DNA from: an uncultured Planctomycetota bacterium
GTDB taxonomy: Bacteria; Planctomycetota; Planctomycetia; Isosphaerales; Isosphaeraceae
Length of the DNA: 64,000 nucleotides
NCBI GenBank assembly: GCA_963845755.1
Contig: CAWJTV010000038.1
Span: forward strand, 96,001 to 160,000
Direction of reading: 5' to 3'
Part shown: in pieces, positions 12,484-24,400 of the stretch
Numbering within the stretch: position 1 is the stretch's first letter
Layout of the letters: every line of letters starts with the position of its first letter
Made by a program: the position numbers and the translations under genes
The notes under the pieces: model-generated
The model's database searches: none
The model's input: only the letters and a program-made list of their open reading frames with translations
Told to the model about the DNA's origin: nothing

Positions 12484-14046
12484 ATGCCCGATCTCGACGC
12501 CGAATCCTTGGTCAACCAGGTTACGATGCTCGGACTGGTCTCCCGCGAGCAGCTCCGCGAGGCGATGGCCGATGCCGAAGACGGCTCGCCGGACGCGGTG
12601 CTGCGGATGCTGCTCCGCAAGGGGTGGCTCACGAGCTGGCAGGTCGAGCGGCTCAAGAAAGGGGACCCTTCCGGCTTCTTCTACGGCGATGCTAAGGTGC
12701 TGTTCCACCTGGCCGAGGGCACGTTCGCGCGGGTCTATCGGGGCGTGCATACCGGCTCGGGGCAGCCGCTGGCGATCAAGGTGCTCCGGCAGCGATTCGC
12801 CATGATGCCCGATGCGGTCAACCGGTTCCACAAGGAGGCCGAGGCCGGCATCCGGCTCCGGCACGACAACATCGTCCGCATCATCGACGTGGGGCAGCAG
12901 GACAATCGGCACTTCATGATCATGGAGTATGTCGAGGGGATGAACCTGCGCGAGTTCTTGAAGCTCCGCGTCCGGATGAAGTCCCACCATGCGCTGCCGC
13001 TGATGATCGGGCTGGCCCATGGCCTGAAGTATTCGTTCGACCAGGGCGTCACGCACCGCGACATCAAGGGGACCAATATCCTCATCTCCAACACGGGTGT
13101 CGCCAAGTTGGTCGATTTCGGCCTAGCCACCATGGAGGGGGACCAGAACAAGCAGGGCGTCAAGAGCCAGCGCACCGTCGATTACTCGGCGCTGGAACGC
13201 ACGTGCAAGAGCCCCAAGGGTGACCCCCGATCCGACATCTATTTCCTCGGCTGCGTCTTCTACCAGATGGTGACGGGCCAACTGCCGATGGAGGAGTCGG
13301 AGAGCAAGGACATGCTCAAGAAGATGCTGGTGCGATCGTTCGGGGCGATCAAGCCGATCGCCGATCATCCCTATGCGCCCGACGAGGAGCTCGCCGCGAT
13401 CATCGAGAAGATGATGAAGATCGATCTCAAGGCCCGGTACCAGACGATGGACGCGGTCGTCCAGGACCTCGAGCGGTACAAGACATCGATGGAGGCGGCT
13501 GCGGGCCCGACGGCGGGTGCGTCTCCGGCCGGGCACCAGGAAGAGGACGATGGGTTCGACTCGATCTTCATCATCCCCCCCGAGCCATCGGTGGCCGAGG
13601 ACAAGCCCGCCGCGGAAGCGCCGTCCTTGCCGTTCGAGGTCAAGGCCGTGGTGCACAAGACCGTGCTGTGCGTCGAGGCCCAGGACGAGATCCGTGACGT
13701 CCTGCGCAAGACGCTCATCCGGATGGGTTATCGCCCCCTCCTGGTGGCCGACGCCGAGCTGGCCGCCGAGCGGTACTGCGAATCGCCGACCGACGCCGTG
13801 ATCTTCGATACCGACGGACAAGGCGACGACGCCCTCGACGCCCTGATCGAGATGCACGACAAGTCCCACGAAGATGAGCAGCAACTCGTCGCGCTGGTGC
13901 TGCTGGGTCCACGCCAGGGGGAGCTCAAGGAGAAGATCCCGCAGGACGACAAGATTATCGTGCTCACCAAACCGATCAAGATGAAGGAAGTCCAGGATTC
14001 AATCCATCGGCTCCTGCCCGCCGATCCGGGAAGTGTTGAAGGATGA
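12484..14046 (+). CDS. Hanks-type Ser/Thr protein kinase with C-terminal receiver-like domain
   Basis: AIKVL, HRDIKGTNIL, DFG, DIYFLG; C-terminal VLCVE...AVIFD...VLTKPI receiver pattern. Confidence 0.9.
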   Translation: MPDLDAESLVNQVTMLGLVSREQLREAMADAEDGSPDAVLRMLLRKGWLTSWQVERLKKGDPSGFFYGDAKVLFHLAEGTFARVYRGVHTGSGQPLAIKVLRQRFAMMPDAVNRFHKEAEAGIRLRHDNIVRIIDVGQQDNRHFMIMEYVEGMNLREFLKLRVRMKSHHALPLMIGLAHGLKYSFDQGVTHRDIKGTNILISNTGVAKLVDFGLATMEGDQNKQGVKSQRTVDYSALERTCKSPKGDPRSDIYFLGCVFYQMVTGQLPMEESESKDMLKKMLVRSFGAIKPIADHPYAPDEELAAIIEKMMKIDLKARYQTMDAVVQDLERYKTSMEAAAGPTAGASPAGHQEEDDGFDSIFIIPPEPSVAEDKPAAEAPSLPFEVKAVVHKTVLCVEAQDEIRDVLRKTLIRMGYRPLLVADAELAAERYCESPTDAVIFDTDGQGDDALDALIEMHDKSHEDEQQLVALVLLGPRQGELKEKIPQDDKIIVLTKPIKMKEVQDSIHRLLPADPGSVEG

Positions 14047-14090
14047 AGGATGAAGGGTGAAATCGATCGGTTGTGGTGAGGACGATCGCC

Positions 14091-15114
14091 ATGATGCCCA
14101 ATGGTCTGGCCCCCTGGCTGTTGGTGGCTCTCGGCCTGGCCGCGGCCGTCCTCGGCGCCGGACCTGACCCGAACCAGCCGACCCCGGAAGCCCGGGCCGT
14201 CGGGTTCTTGTCGCGTGAGGTGCCGCGTTGGTCACGCGAGAACCATTGCTATTCCTGCCACAACAATGGCGATGCCGCGCAGGCGCTTTATGAGGCGGCC
14301 CGCGCCGGATATCGCGTGCCCGACAAGGCTCTGGCCGACACAACCGGTTGGCTGAGCCAGCCCGCGGGCTGGGACCACAACGGCGGTGATGGCCCATTCA
14401 GCGACAAGCGGCTGGCCCGCGCGGTCTTCACGGCCACGCTGGCGGTGGCCGTGAAGACCGGGCGGGTTTCGGATCGTGCGGCGCTGGTGCGGGCGGCCGA
14501 GCGGCTGGTCCGCGACCAGGCCCCGGACGGCTCCTGGACCTTCGAGGGCGAGGAGACGCCGGGCTCGCCGGCCGCCCTTGCGCGCGCCACTGGCGACCTT
14601 CCTGGCCCGCGATAGCCTGGCCACGGCCCAACCCGACCGGTTCCGCGCCGCCATCGACCGCGCCGACGGCTGGCTGTTGCACTACAAGCTGGCGACCATC
14701 ACGGATGCCTCGGTCCGCCTGATGGTGGTCGCGGCACAGAGGTCCCCGGCGGCGTCCGAGCGCCGGCGCCCGGCCCTCGACTTACTCCGTCGCGGCCAGG
14801 ACGACGAGGGCGGCTGGGGGCCTTATGTCACCTCACCGCCCGAGCCGTTCGACACCGCGCTGGCCTTGCTCGCCCTGGCGAAATCCGGCGACTCGGACCA
14901 GGTCCGCCGCATGATCACCCGCGGCCGGGCCTACTTGATCGCCCATCAGCACGACGACGGAAGCTGGACCGAGACCACCCGGCCGCCCGGAGCCGAGAGC
15001 TACGCCCAGCGGATCTCCACCACCGGCTGGGCCACGCTGGCGCTGCTGGCCACTCGCGACGTTCCCTCCGCGACCGCGGGTCGCAATGGTGGATCGGACC
15101 GGAACGAAAACTGA
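14091..15114 (+). CDS. Secreted prenyltransferase/squalene-oxidase-repeat (QW-repeat) protein; frameshifted near 14580
   Basis: QAPDGSW, QDDEGGWG and HQHDDGSW repeats; signal peptide; CYSCH near the N-terminus. Confidence 0.8.
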
Positions 15115-15177
15115 CACGGCGCCGGAGTCCAGCGGCTTGGGCTATGCCCACCGCGGTCGTCGAAAGGACTTTCTCCC

Positions 15178-17876
15178 ATGCGCACGCAATTCGTCACGCT
15201 TGTGGCGCTCCTGGCCCTCGCAGTCGCGGCGGCCGAACCGCCTCGACAGGCGCCTCCACCGGCTGGGGCGTCCGACCTCAAACCGGTCACGGTGTCCGTG
15301 ATCGACCGCGGCAGCGGCGCGGCCGTCACGGTTTTCACCTACCAGGCCTGGTACGACGCGCCCGGCCGCAAGAGCCCCCCGAACGGCGACGTGTGGACGC
15401 CCGTGGCATCGCCCACTGGGACGTTCGAGATCCAGGCACCACCCGCGTGCCGGCTGAGGGTCATGGCGATGGCGCCCGACTACATCGGCGGCTGGCCCAT
15501 GGTCCAGGAGTTCGTGGTCAAGTCGTCCGACAACCCCAGGCGGGTCGTCGTCCGTCTGCGCCGGGGGATTACCGTCCGAGGGACCGTCCGCGACTCGCGG
15601 ACCAAGAACCCGATCGCCGGAGTGACCGTTGCCCCGCTCACCACCTTCCTCCCGGGCGGGGGACCCGACGAGGACAAGCAGGTCGAGACGGGCGCCGACG
15701 GGCGCTACGTGGTTCGCGGAGTCGATCCCGTGATGGGAGTATCGGCGTCCCACCCCGGTTACATTTACGACTCGGAGTTTCCGGATCGTAAGGCGGCCGG
15801 TGCAAACCGCGACATATTTCTGAAGCGTGAAGAACCGAGCGCGGTCAAGGTCAAGGTCGTCGACCCTGACGGCAAGCCGCTGGAAGGGGTGACCGTCGCC
15901 GATCTGAACGGCAGACTCGACACGTCAGGAAAGGACGGGAGGTTAGTGATCCAGCGCACCAGCCGATTCCTCGACCTGGCCTTCCGCAAGGAGGGGTTCA
16001 CCGAACGGCGGCTTCGATTTCGAAGAGATAGGCCAGGAGTTGTCGAAGCCCGAGAGGTTCGTCGTGGTGATGGCACCCACGATCCCGTTGACGGGTCGGG
16101 TCGTCGCGCCCGACGGCCGGAGCGTCTCGGCGTTCACCATCGCCGCAGGGCTGGGCAAGCTGCCCTCGAACTCGGACAGCTTCCGGCGCGAGGTCCAGGA
16201 CCGCGACGGTCGCTTCCGCCTGGACCTCTCGAAGGAGGGCACGACCTGGGTCGGCGTCGCCGCCGAGGGGTGCGCGGCGTGGGAAGGGTGGGTGGACGTC
16301 AAACGCGGGGGCGAGCCACTTGTGATCCGCCTATCGCCGGGCGTCGCCGTGTCGGCCAGGGTCGTGGCGCCCGAGGCGATGCGGAAACACGTCAAGGCGC
16401 GGCTCGTCCCTCGTCGCGACAAGTCGGAGATCGGCGGACTGTCTTCCACCCCCTACGCCGAGGAATTCCCCACTCGCACGGCGACCCTCTCGGCCGACGG
16501 CTCGTTGCGGTTCGAAAGCGTCCGACCCGACCGCTACCGGCTCATCATCGAAGGTCGTGGCATTCCGGAGACCGTCCTGGCGCTCGATGTGCCCGGAGGC
16601 GGGCTTGATGTGGGGATCGTCCGCATCGACGTCCCCACCACGATGGGCCGTGTCGAGGGCCGCGTCTGGTATCCGAAGTCCAGAGGAGGCGGAGTCTGGG
16701 CGTTCGCCGATGGTTACGTAGGGGGATTTCGCTTTAAGGGCCTCGGCGAGGACGACAGTCGCAGCATCGCGTTCCAGGCCGACGAGAACGGCCACTTCGC
16801 GGTCGACCGCGTGCCGGGAGGTATGACCACGGTCGGGTTCCCCTTTCAATTCTTTGATGTGATCGATTCCTACAGATGGTCGGCGCTGGTCGTCGAGGGG
16901 CAGACGACCGAGGTTGGTGCATTCGACCCCGAGGGGCATCGGGAGTTCACGCTGGCCTTCGCGATCGGAGACGGCTCGAAGGCGCAGTACCAGTCGGGCA
17001 CGGGCCTGGGCGCGTCGCGGAAGGTGGACAATGTCACGGTGAGCACGGACATGGCCTCGCTCTTGGAGAAGAAGGTCGCCGTGACGCCGCGCGAGCCGAT
17101 GTTCCGGGTCGAGCTGGTGCCCGTTTCGAAAGATCCGCTCTCGTTCGCCGAGCCCGACTGGGAGGACCTCGATGCGCAGCGGAAGATCGTGCTGCCCGAC
17201 GTCGGTCCCGGCACGTACCGACTCCGGGTCTACGACTGGCTCGGCGTGCGCGACCTCGACGGCGGGCCGTTGTTCGACCGGGACGTGGTCGTGCCGCCCG
17301 GAGGTCGGGGCGAGGCTGCGCATTGCGCTGGGTGCCGGGTGTATCACGGGCAAGATCCCCCCGCCGAAGGCGAATGCCCTGCGGTTCACGTTGGACCGGC
17401 CCGTGGAGGTGACCGCCATGGCGAAGGGGAGTCGTACGCCATCGCGACGGACGCGCTGCGACGACGACGGCAACTTCTGCGTCCGATACCTGTCGCCCGG
17501 CACTTACTCGCTGTTCATCAACGACCCGGAGTGGGGCTTCTGCCGGGTGGACGCCGTGGAGATGTCAGCCGGTGTGGTGGATATCGGCGAGCGCACGCTC
17601 TCGGCCGGGGCGAGGGTCAGCGGCAAGATCGAGTTCCCGAGGCCGTCGCGCGTGCCCGACGCGGTGGTGGCCGTCGGCCCGTCGGGCGTCTCGGTACGTC
17701 GGGCGTTCGCGGTCTATTCGAGTTTCGACCAGGTTGAGCTTGCCGGCCTCTGGCCGGGGCGCTGGACCGTCTCGGCCCGGAACGGCGACGAGGTCCTCGC
17801 GACTGCGGCGCTCGATATCGAAGGGACCGGAACATCTCACCTGACCCTGACCGTAGGCGGCGGCCAGGGACCGTGA
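15178..17876 (+). CDS. Secreted carboxypeptidase-regulatory-like (Cna-B-type) repeat protein; frameshifted near 16030 and 17310
   Basis: Signal peptide; repeated beta-rich modules (VRGTVRD..PIAGVTV, VVDPDGKPLEGVTV, DDDGNF...LSPGTY) across ORFs 15178, 16040 and 17172. Confidence 0.8.
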
Positions 17877-18020
17877 TCCAGGCTGGACGTCCAGACGACC
17901 TCATGGTCTGGCCCTCCCCCCGAACCACGCCTGGGATGAGCCCGCGGACGTGCTGTGCAGACCGAGGCACGGGCCGAAGGAGGAATCAAGGACAGTGACC
18001 GCCACGGAAATCGCCGAGAC

Positions 18021-19220
18021 TCAACGCGTCACGCCAATCCGGTAGGACCGGCCTTCCCGGCCCAGGATCTCGATCTTGACCCGCCGATCCGAGTCCACGA
18101 TGACGGGCCCCTTGAAATAGAGGGCGTTATAGAGCGTGACGAACTTATTCTCCAGTTCCCGGTTGTTGTCGTCGGGCTTGGAGGGGATGACCTGGATCGG
18201 TCCCTTTCCGTTCCCGACCGCGAGCGAAACCTTGTAGCAGAGCACGCCGGTCTCCGACCTCGGCTGACCGTCCAGGGTCCGGGCCTCGACGACGTAGGCT
18301 TCCACGGCGTTGATCGGCACGACGAGCGCCTTGATGCCTCCTGGCTCGTCGATGGGAGTGACCAGGCCGGCCGTCGAGGTATTCTTCGCGATCAGGACAT
18401 TCGGTTCCGAGAGCCAGCCAAGCTTGTATTTGTGCCAGGCCAGGTACTCGGAACCGGCCTTCTGGCAACCCATCAGGTCCCAGCAGCCGACATGTCTCTG
18501 GATGTCCTTGTACGGGACATGATCCACCTTGAAGTCGTAGAGATCCGGCAGGCCGAATATGTGGCCGGTCTCGTGGGCCAGCGTTTGCCAGCCCCAGTTC
18601 GCGGTCCGGGTGTCGTTGCCGAACGTGACGGCGTGCCGGATCTCCGCGACGCCGGCCCGGATCCCCTGCCCGGGCCGAGCGAGAAACGTCGGTGAATTCG
18701 GTGTCCCCTTGTTCTTCGAGCCGACAATATAGACGATATCATATTTCGTGAAGTCAACATCCCTCCCCGTCTTGCGCACGACCTCGGCGATGTACGACTT
18801 CTGCGTGGCAAACTTGCTGGCGTCGTAGCGACCCGAGGTCGAGGTATCGTCCATCATGATCCACCGGTGGCGCACGTCCACCGACAGGGTCATCTGCCCG
18901 TAGGACACCCTGTGGAAGTAGGCCGCGCCCTCCGGCACGAGCCGGTTGAAGAGGTCCTGGGTCGATTCGTCGGTCTCGGCATCCGGGAACCGTGCGAAGA
19001 GCATGATCGCCCTGATCGTGCCGGTCGGCCGGAGCAGAATCCGGTCGTTCGTCCGGCCCTCCCAGAAATCCGGCGCCGTCCCCGGGGCGGCCATCAAGCC
19101 GAGAAAGCTGCCGTCCTGGGTTTGCGCGGCGGCTTCCATCGCGAGGAGGCTCGCGGCCACACCCATCACGATCAGCCCACCGCGGCGCCGGTGTCGTCTG
19201 TCGCACGAGGAATACGTCAT
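18021..19220 (-). CDS. M6 family (immune inhibitor A-like) secreted zinc metalloprotease
   Basis: HETGHIFGLPDLY, WDLM Met-turn, AWHKYKLGW, signal peptide. Confidence 0.9.
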   Translation of the reverse strand: MTYSSCDRRHRRRGGLIVMGVAASLLAMEAAAQTQDGSFLGLMAAPGTAPDFWEGRTNDRILLRPTGTIRAIMLFARFPDAETDESTQDLFNRLVPEGAAYFHRVSYGQMTLSVDVRHRWIMMDDTSTSGRYDASKFATQKSYIAEVVRKTGRDVDFTKYDIVYIVGSKNKGTPNSPTFLARPGQGIRAGVAEIRHAVTFGNDTRTANWGWQTLAHETGHIFGLPDLYDFKVDHVPYKDIQRHVGCWDLMGCQKAGSEYLAWHKYKLGWLSEPNVLIAKNTSTAGLVTPIDEPGGIKALVVPINAVEAYVVEARTLDGQPRSETGVLCYKVSLAVGNGKGPIQVIPSKPDDNNRELENKFVTLYNALYFKGPVIVDSDRRVKIEILGREGRSYRIGVTR

Positions 19221-19514
19221 GGTGTCAACTCCTCCCAGAGCCGTTCTCGAACGGGGATAAATGGCGTCAGTTCCAAATGGAACACGTATTTTTCTAAAAT
19301 ATAATAAGAAAAATAATTATATAATAGATAGCAGAAAAGGGGGGCGGAACGAATCATTCAGTTTTTCGGCCCGCGGCCCTTTCGGCCCTCCAGTTCGAGG
19401 AGTGATGATTCGTTCCGTCTCCTTCTCGTCCCCCCCTCCGCTGACCCCAAGCTCCGCGACCTCTTCGACCTCCCACCAATTCTGGCCCGCGATCGACACC
19501 CTGTCCCAAAACCA

Positions 19515-20247
19515 TCATGGCAGGCTCTTCGACCTGTTTCGCCGGCGACACGCCACCACCAGGCCCAAGGCCCACCGACGCCGTCAGGCCCGTCAGGGAC
19601 ACGACGAAGCCATTGGGCTCGGGAACGACGAGAATCACGGTGCCAGCGGCCTTCAGCGTAGCCCCTGCCTTACTCAATGTGATCTTGGCAGAGTCGGTCA
19701 AGGAAAACGGCGGGGGCGCCAGCGAGATCGTGGCCTCCACAGATTCCATCTGCTGGTTGCCGTTCGACCTTCCCGAACACCGGTCCCACACCCGACATCG
19801 TGGTGCCGTTGTAGGTTCCGACGGCGAATTCGCTGTCCGTCTGGTTGGCGCCGCTGAACGTGCCAGTCGCGTCTGAAAGCTGCAGAGCCGAGTTTCCCGT
19901 GGGCTCCTTGAATCCACTTTCAGTAGCCGTGATCGTCAGCGGACCACCGCCCCCCTTTGCGCCCAACGCGACGTTGCCAACCACGTTTAGGAGCACACCG
20001 TTGGGCATCACAATATCAAACCCACCCCAGATTTGAACGTATATGCGGACCCTGCTGCTGCCAGATCCCCATTCAGCGTGGTCAGTTGGGCGGAACTCAA
20101 CGCGAGCGGGCTGGTGCCGGTGAATTGGAACAGCCTGCCACTCGTCGCAACCGTAGACGTGATGGTTCCGGCCCGGACCCCGCCGCCCAGCAATGCCATC
20201 ATGGCACAGGAAGCAACGGCCATCAAGACAAATCGATGGATTCGCAT
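19515..20247 (-). CDS. PEP-CTERM sorting-domain protein; multiply frameshifted
   Basis: Signal peptide (ORF 20008-20247), Thr/Ser/Gly-rich body, VPEP followed by a TM segment; removing one G near 19565 gives GLGLVVACRRRNRSKSLP-stop. Confidence 0.8.
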
Positions 20248-20568
20248 GTCGCCTGACTCCTGTTTTCCACTGAAGAACCGATCGAGCGGCGCCTCACGTA
20301 AGGGCTGCTTTCAGACGAGCCACCCAACACAGGTTGAAGACCTTTCTGGGGCGTAGCTCCGGAAAACTGCGGTTGGTTGAGATCGACATCGTGTCGCACC
20401 ATCGAGAGTGCGGGAGAACCGAGGATTCTCGACGGCCTGCGCGCAGGTGGACTCGAGGCTGCCCGATGGGCAAGGCCCGGCGATGCATCGCTGCATTCTC
20501 TGGTGTTATCACGAATCCGCAGAGGCTCGCGCCATTGCATCAGTACCTAAATTTTTTCTAATATTAAT

Positions 20569-20644
20569 ATCGATGCTGGACATCCACTGGGCACGTTGCT
20601 ACCTTGATCGATGCTGGACATCCACTGGGCACGATGCTACCTTG
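20569..20644. repeat. Tandem direct repeat, 2 x 38 bp, intergenic
   Basis: ATCGATGCTGGACATCCACTGGGCACG(T/A)TGCTACCTTG twice with one mismatch. Confidence 0.9.
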
Positions 20645-21489
20645 AAGGATCTCTCGTTTCTCAGGATCTTGGGCTGACGCATTAACCCGCTCGATTTGCG
20701 GGCGGCGACATCATCCACCATTCGAACAACGCTTGCATTCATTGTCACAACCAATTTATATTCATGAAATCGTCAACGAATCGGAATTATCGAGTCACAA
20801 AGTCGAGTCCACCGAGTACCGCTTAATGTATTCCGGCTAAGGCCATTCCAGGAATCTTCCCACACCTCAGTTCCAGCGGTCACTAAGCGAAGCTCTCTTC
20901 CATGCATGGCTGTGTCGAGTACGCCACTTGGTGAGGGCCCGCCGATCGCGGTCTCGCCGTGATGACATGCAGTTGTTCTACATGCCAGAGTGGCCTATGT
21001 ATGTAATAGAGGTAAAAGTGACCAAACGTCCTTCGAGGACCCGACCAGCAGCAGCCTCCCGCAGCGTAGATATCCGAATCTCAAGATGCAATTTTCATTA
21101 ACCCTATGAAGTTTTAGTCGCATGTGGCATGACACAGGCCAACTGCAGGCGACGATCGCGCTGCGCCTGCCGGACGACAACAGGATGGGAATCAGCCAGC
21201 GAGGGTTACGATGAGTCCGGAGTCCGCCGATCGCGATCTCCGGGTCGCCTGACTACGACCGGGCTGTCCATCGAGCCGTCCAGGGACCGGGCCCGTCCTG
21301 CCGGTCCATGCCCCCCCGAGTCGCCGTGCATGTAGGGATGTAAGCTTTGAAACACCCTTGCTGACTGGGTTCCTCTCGACCACTGGTTCGAGATGGCTGA
21401 AGTCTGCAAGTGCAGGCCCCGTCCCCTCTCCCGACCGAGCCGCCGATCCGGCTGGCTCCGACTTGAGATTCATCAGGAGATTTGCTTCG

Positions 21490-24400
21490 ATGCGTCACTT
21501 GATCACACGTTTTCCCCGCGTCGCGAGACTCAATATCAAGACCTCGAGGCGGGTCGATCGGCGAGGAGTCGCGCTCCGGCCGCGGTTCGAGTCCTTGGAG
21601 CCGCGACTGGTGTTGAGCACCTACTACGTCGCCACGACCGGGAACGACAAAAACAACGGCTCGAAGTCCAGCCCCTTCGCCACCCTCCAGCACGCCATGA
21701 TCTCGCTCGAGCCTGGAGATATCCTCGACGTCGAGTCCGGGTCCTATGCCGGCTTCATCTCCGGCTGGGATTCTTCCACCCCGGCCAGTTCCGGAGATCC
21801 CTACGGCTATATCGACGGCACCGCCGGCAACCCGATCACCATCCAGGCCGATCCCAGCGCACCCGCTGGCTCGGTCATCATCGACTCGCGCGACAACGAG
21901 ACGGCCGTCGGCATCGACCTGGAACCCGGTGATAACTACATCACCATTTCCGGCTTGACGATCGAGGACGGCGACGGCAGCATCACCAAGGACGGATTCA
22001 AAGTGACCGGGATCAACGACAGCCTTATCGATAACACCGTGACCGGGGTCGGAGGGTTCGGCATTATTGCCGACAACGCGAATAACGTGCTCCTCCAGGG
22101 CAATACCGTCTCCGGTACCACGGGAAGTGGCGATACCGGCCATGGGATCTACATCTCCGGCAGCACCAACGACGCGGTGGTCGAAGGGAACACCATCGCG
22201 AACAACGATTATATCGGCATCCATATTAATGGAGATGCGAGCGAGGGAGGCCTGGGACTGGTCACCAATGCCCTCATCGAGGACAACGTGATCTACGGCA
22301 ACGGCCAGAATGGCATCAACGCCGACGGCCTTCAGAACTCGGTCATCGAGAACAACCTGATCTACAACTATCAGGATTTCGGGATCTGTCTCTATCAGGT
22401 CGACGCGTCCGGGCCCAGCAAGAACAACATCATCGTTGACAACACCATCGATTACGGCACTTCCAGCGGCGCCGGTGCGGCGCTCCGTATTCTGGATGGG
22501 AGCACGGGCAATACCGTCTTGAATAACATCTTGCTGGGCGGCGGAGGGATCACGATCCGGATCAGCAGCGACAGCATGAGCGGCCTGACGAGCAACTACA
22601 ACGTCGTCGAGTCGCTGTTCCAGTCGGAGGACACCGGCAACACCGAGTCCCTCGCCCAGTGGCAGAGTTCGACCGGCCAGGACGCGAAATCGTTCACGGC
22701 GACGCCGTCGCAGCTCTTCGTCAATCCGTCGGGCAACAACTACCAGGAGCTATCGACCAGCCCGTCGATCGGTGCCGGGACCGCGACGGATTCACCGAGC
22801 ACGGACATCCTCGGCAATCCGCGCCCCAGCTCCTATGGCTATGACATCGGTGCCTACGAATATGAAGGCTCGTCATCCGGGGCGCCGACGGTGGTCAGCG
22901 AGAGTCCGGGACAGAATGCGTCCAACGTGAATGTGTCGACGACCGCGACTGCGACGTTCAACGAGGCGGTCCAGTCCAGCACGATCACCTTCACGCTGAC
23001 GCCCAGCGGCGGCAGCCCGGTCGCGGCCAGCCTCTCCTACAACACTTCTACCGACACGGTGACGTTGACACCCAAGTCGGCCCTGGCCTACAACACCAGT
23101 TACACGGCCACCGTCAGCGGGGCCAAGGACAGCGCCGGCGATCCTATGACCTCGCCGTTCTCGTGGTCGTTCACCACCGTCGCGTCAACGTCGGCCGCCA
23201 CGTTCCTCGAGCAGGACACGACCACTCAGGGCAGTTGGATCAAGACTTACGGCACTCAGGGCTACGACGTCATCGGCGACACGCCCAGCCTGTCCCCCTA
23301 CGCCACCGTCTCGCCCAGCGGCGAATTGACCCACGTCTGGTCGGCCAGCACGACCGCCCCCCAGGCGCTCCAGAACCCGGGCGGTTCCGGCCGGATCGAG
23401 GAGTGCTGGTACTCTCCCACCAGCTTCACGGTGAACCTGGACCTGATCGACGGACAACTGCACGATATCGAGCTGTACTTCCTCGACCTGCAAAGCTCGC
23501 CGAGTCGGGTCGAGCAGATCCAGATCAGCGACGCGGGGTCGGGGACGGTCCTGGACACCGAGACGGTCTCGTCGTTCACCGGCGGGGTGTATCTGGATTG
23601 GAAGGTGCAAGGCGATGTGACGATCACGATCACGCACGAGGCCGGCGTGAACGCGGTGCTCAGCGGGATCTTCATCGATCCGGCGGGCTCCTCGGCCACG
23701 TTCCTCAAGACGGACACGACGACGCAGGGCAGTTGGATCGGGACCTACGGCACTCAAGGCTACGACGTCATCGGCGACACGCCCAGCTTGTCTCCCTACG
23801 CCACCGTCTCGCCCAGCGGCGAATTGACCCACGTCTGGTCGGCCAGCACGACCGCCCCCCAGGCGCTCCAGAACCCGGGCGGATCCGGCCGGATCGAGGA
23901 GTGCTGGTACTCTCCCACCAGCTTCACGGTGAACCTGGACCTGATCGACGGACAACTGCACGATATCGAGCTGTACTTCCTCGACCTGCAAAGCTCGCCG
24001 AGTCGGGTCGAGCAGATCCAGATCAGCAACGCGGGGTCGGGGAAGGTCCTGGACACCGAGACGGTCTCGTCGTTCACCGGCGGGGTGTATCTGGATTGGA
24101 AGGTGCAAGGCGATGTGACGATCACGATCACGCACGAGGCCGGCGTGAACGCGGTGCTCAGCGGGATCTTCATCGATCCGGCGGGCTCCTCGGCCACGTT
24201 CCTCAAGACGGACACGACGACGCAGGGCAGTTGGATCGGGACCTACGGCACTCAAGGCTACGACGTCATCGGCGACACGCCCAGCTTGTCTCCCTACGCC
24301 ACCGTCTCGCCCAGCGGCGAATTGACCCACATCTGGTCGGCCAGCACGACCGCTCACCAGGCACTCCAGAACCCGGGCGGATCCGGCCGGATCGAGGAGT

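Noticed and set aside
14036..14062. (GGATGAA)n short tandem run at the kinase stop codon
   Set aside because: Only about three units; too short to interpret
20569..20644. 38-bp repeat as a CRISPR array or sigma54 promoter
   Set aside because: No spacer between copies and no cas genes; the GG/GC spacing in GGCACGTTGC does not fit the -24/-12 consensus
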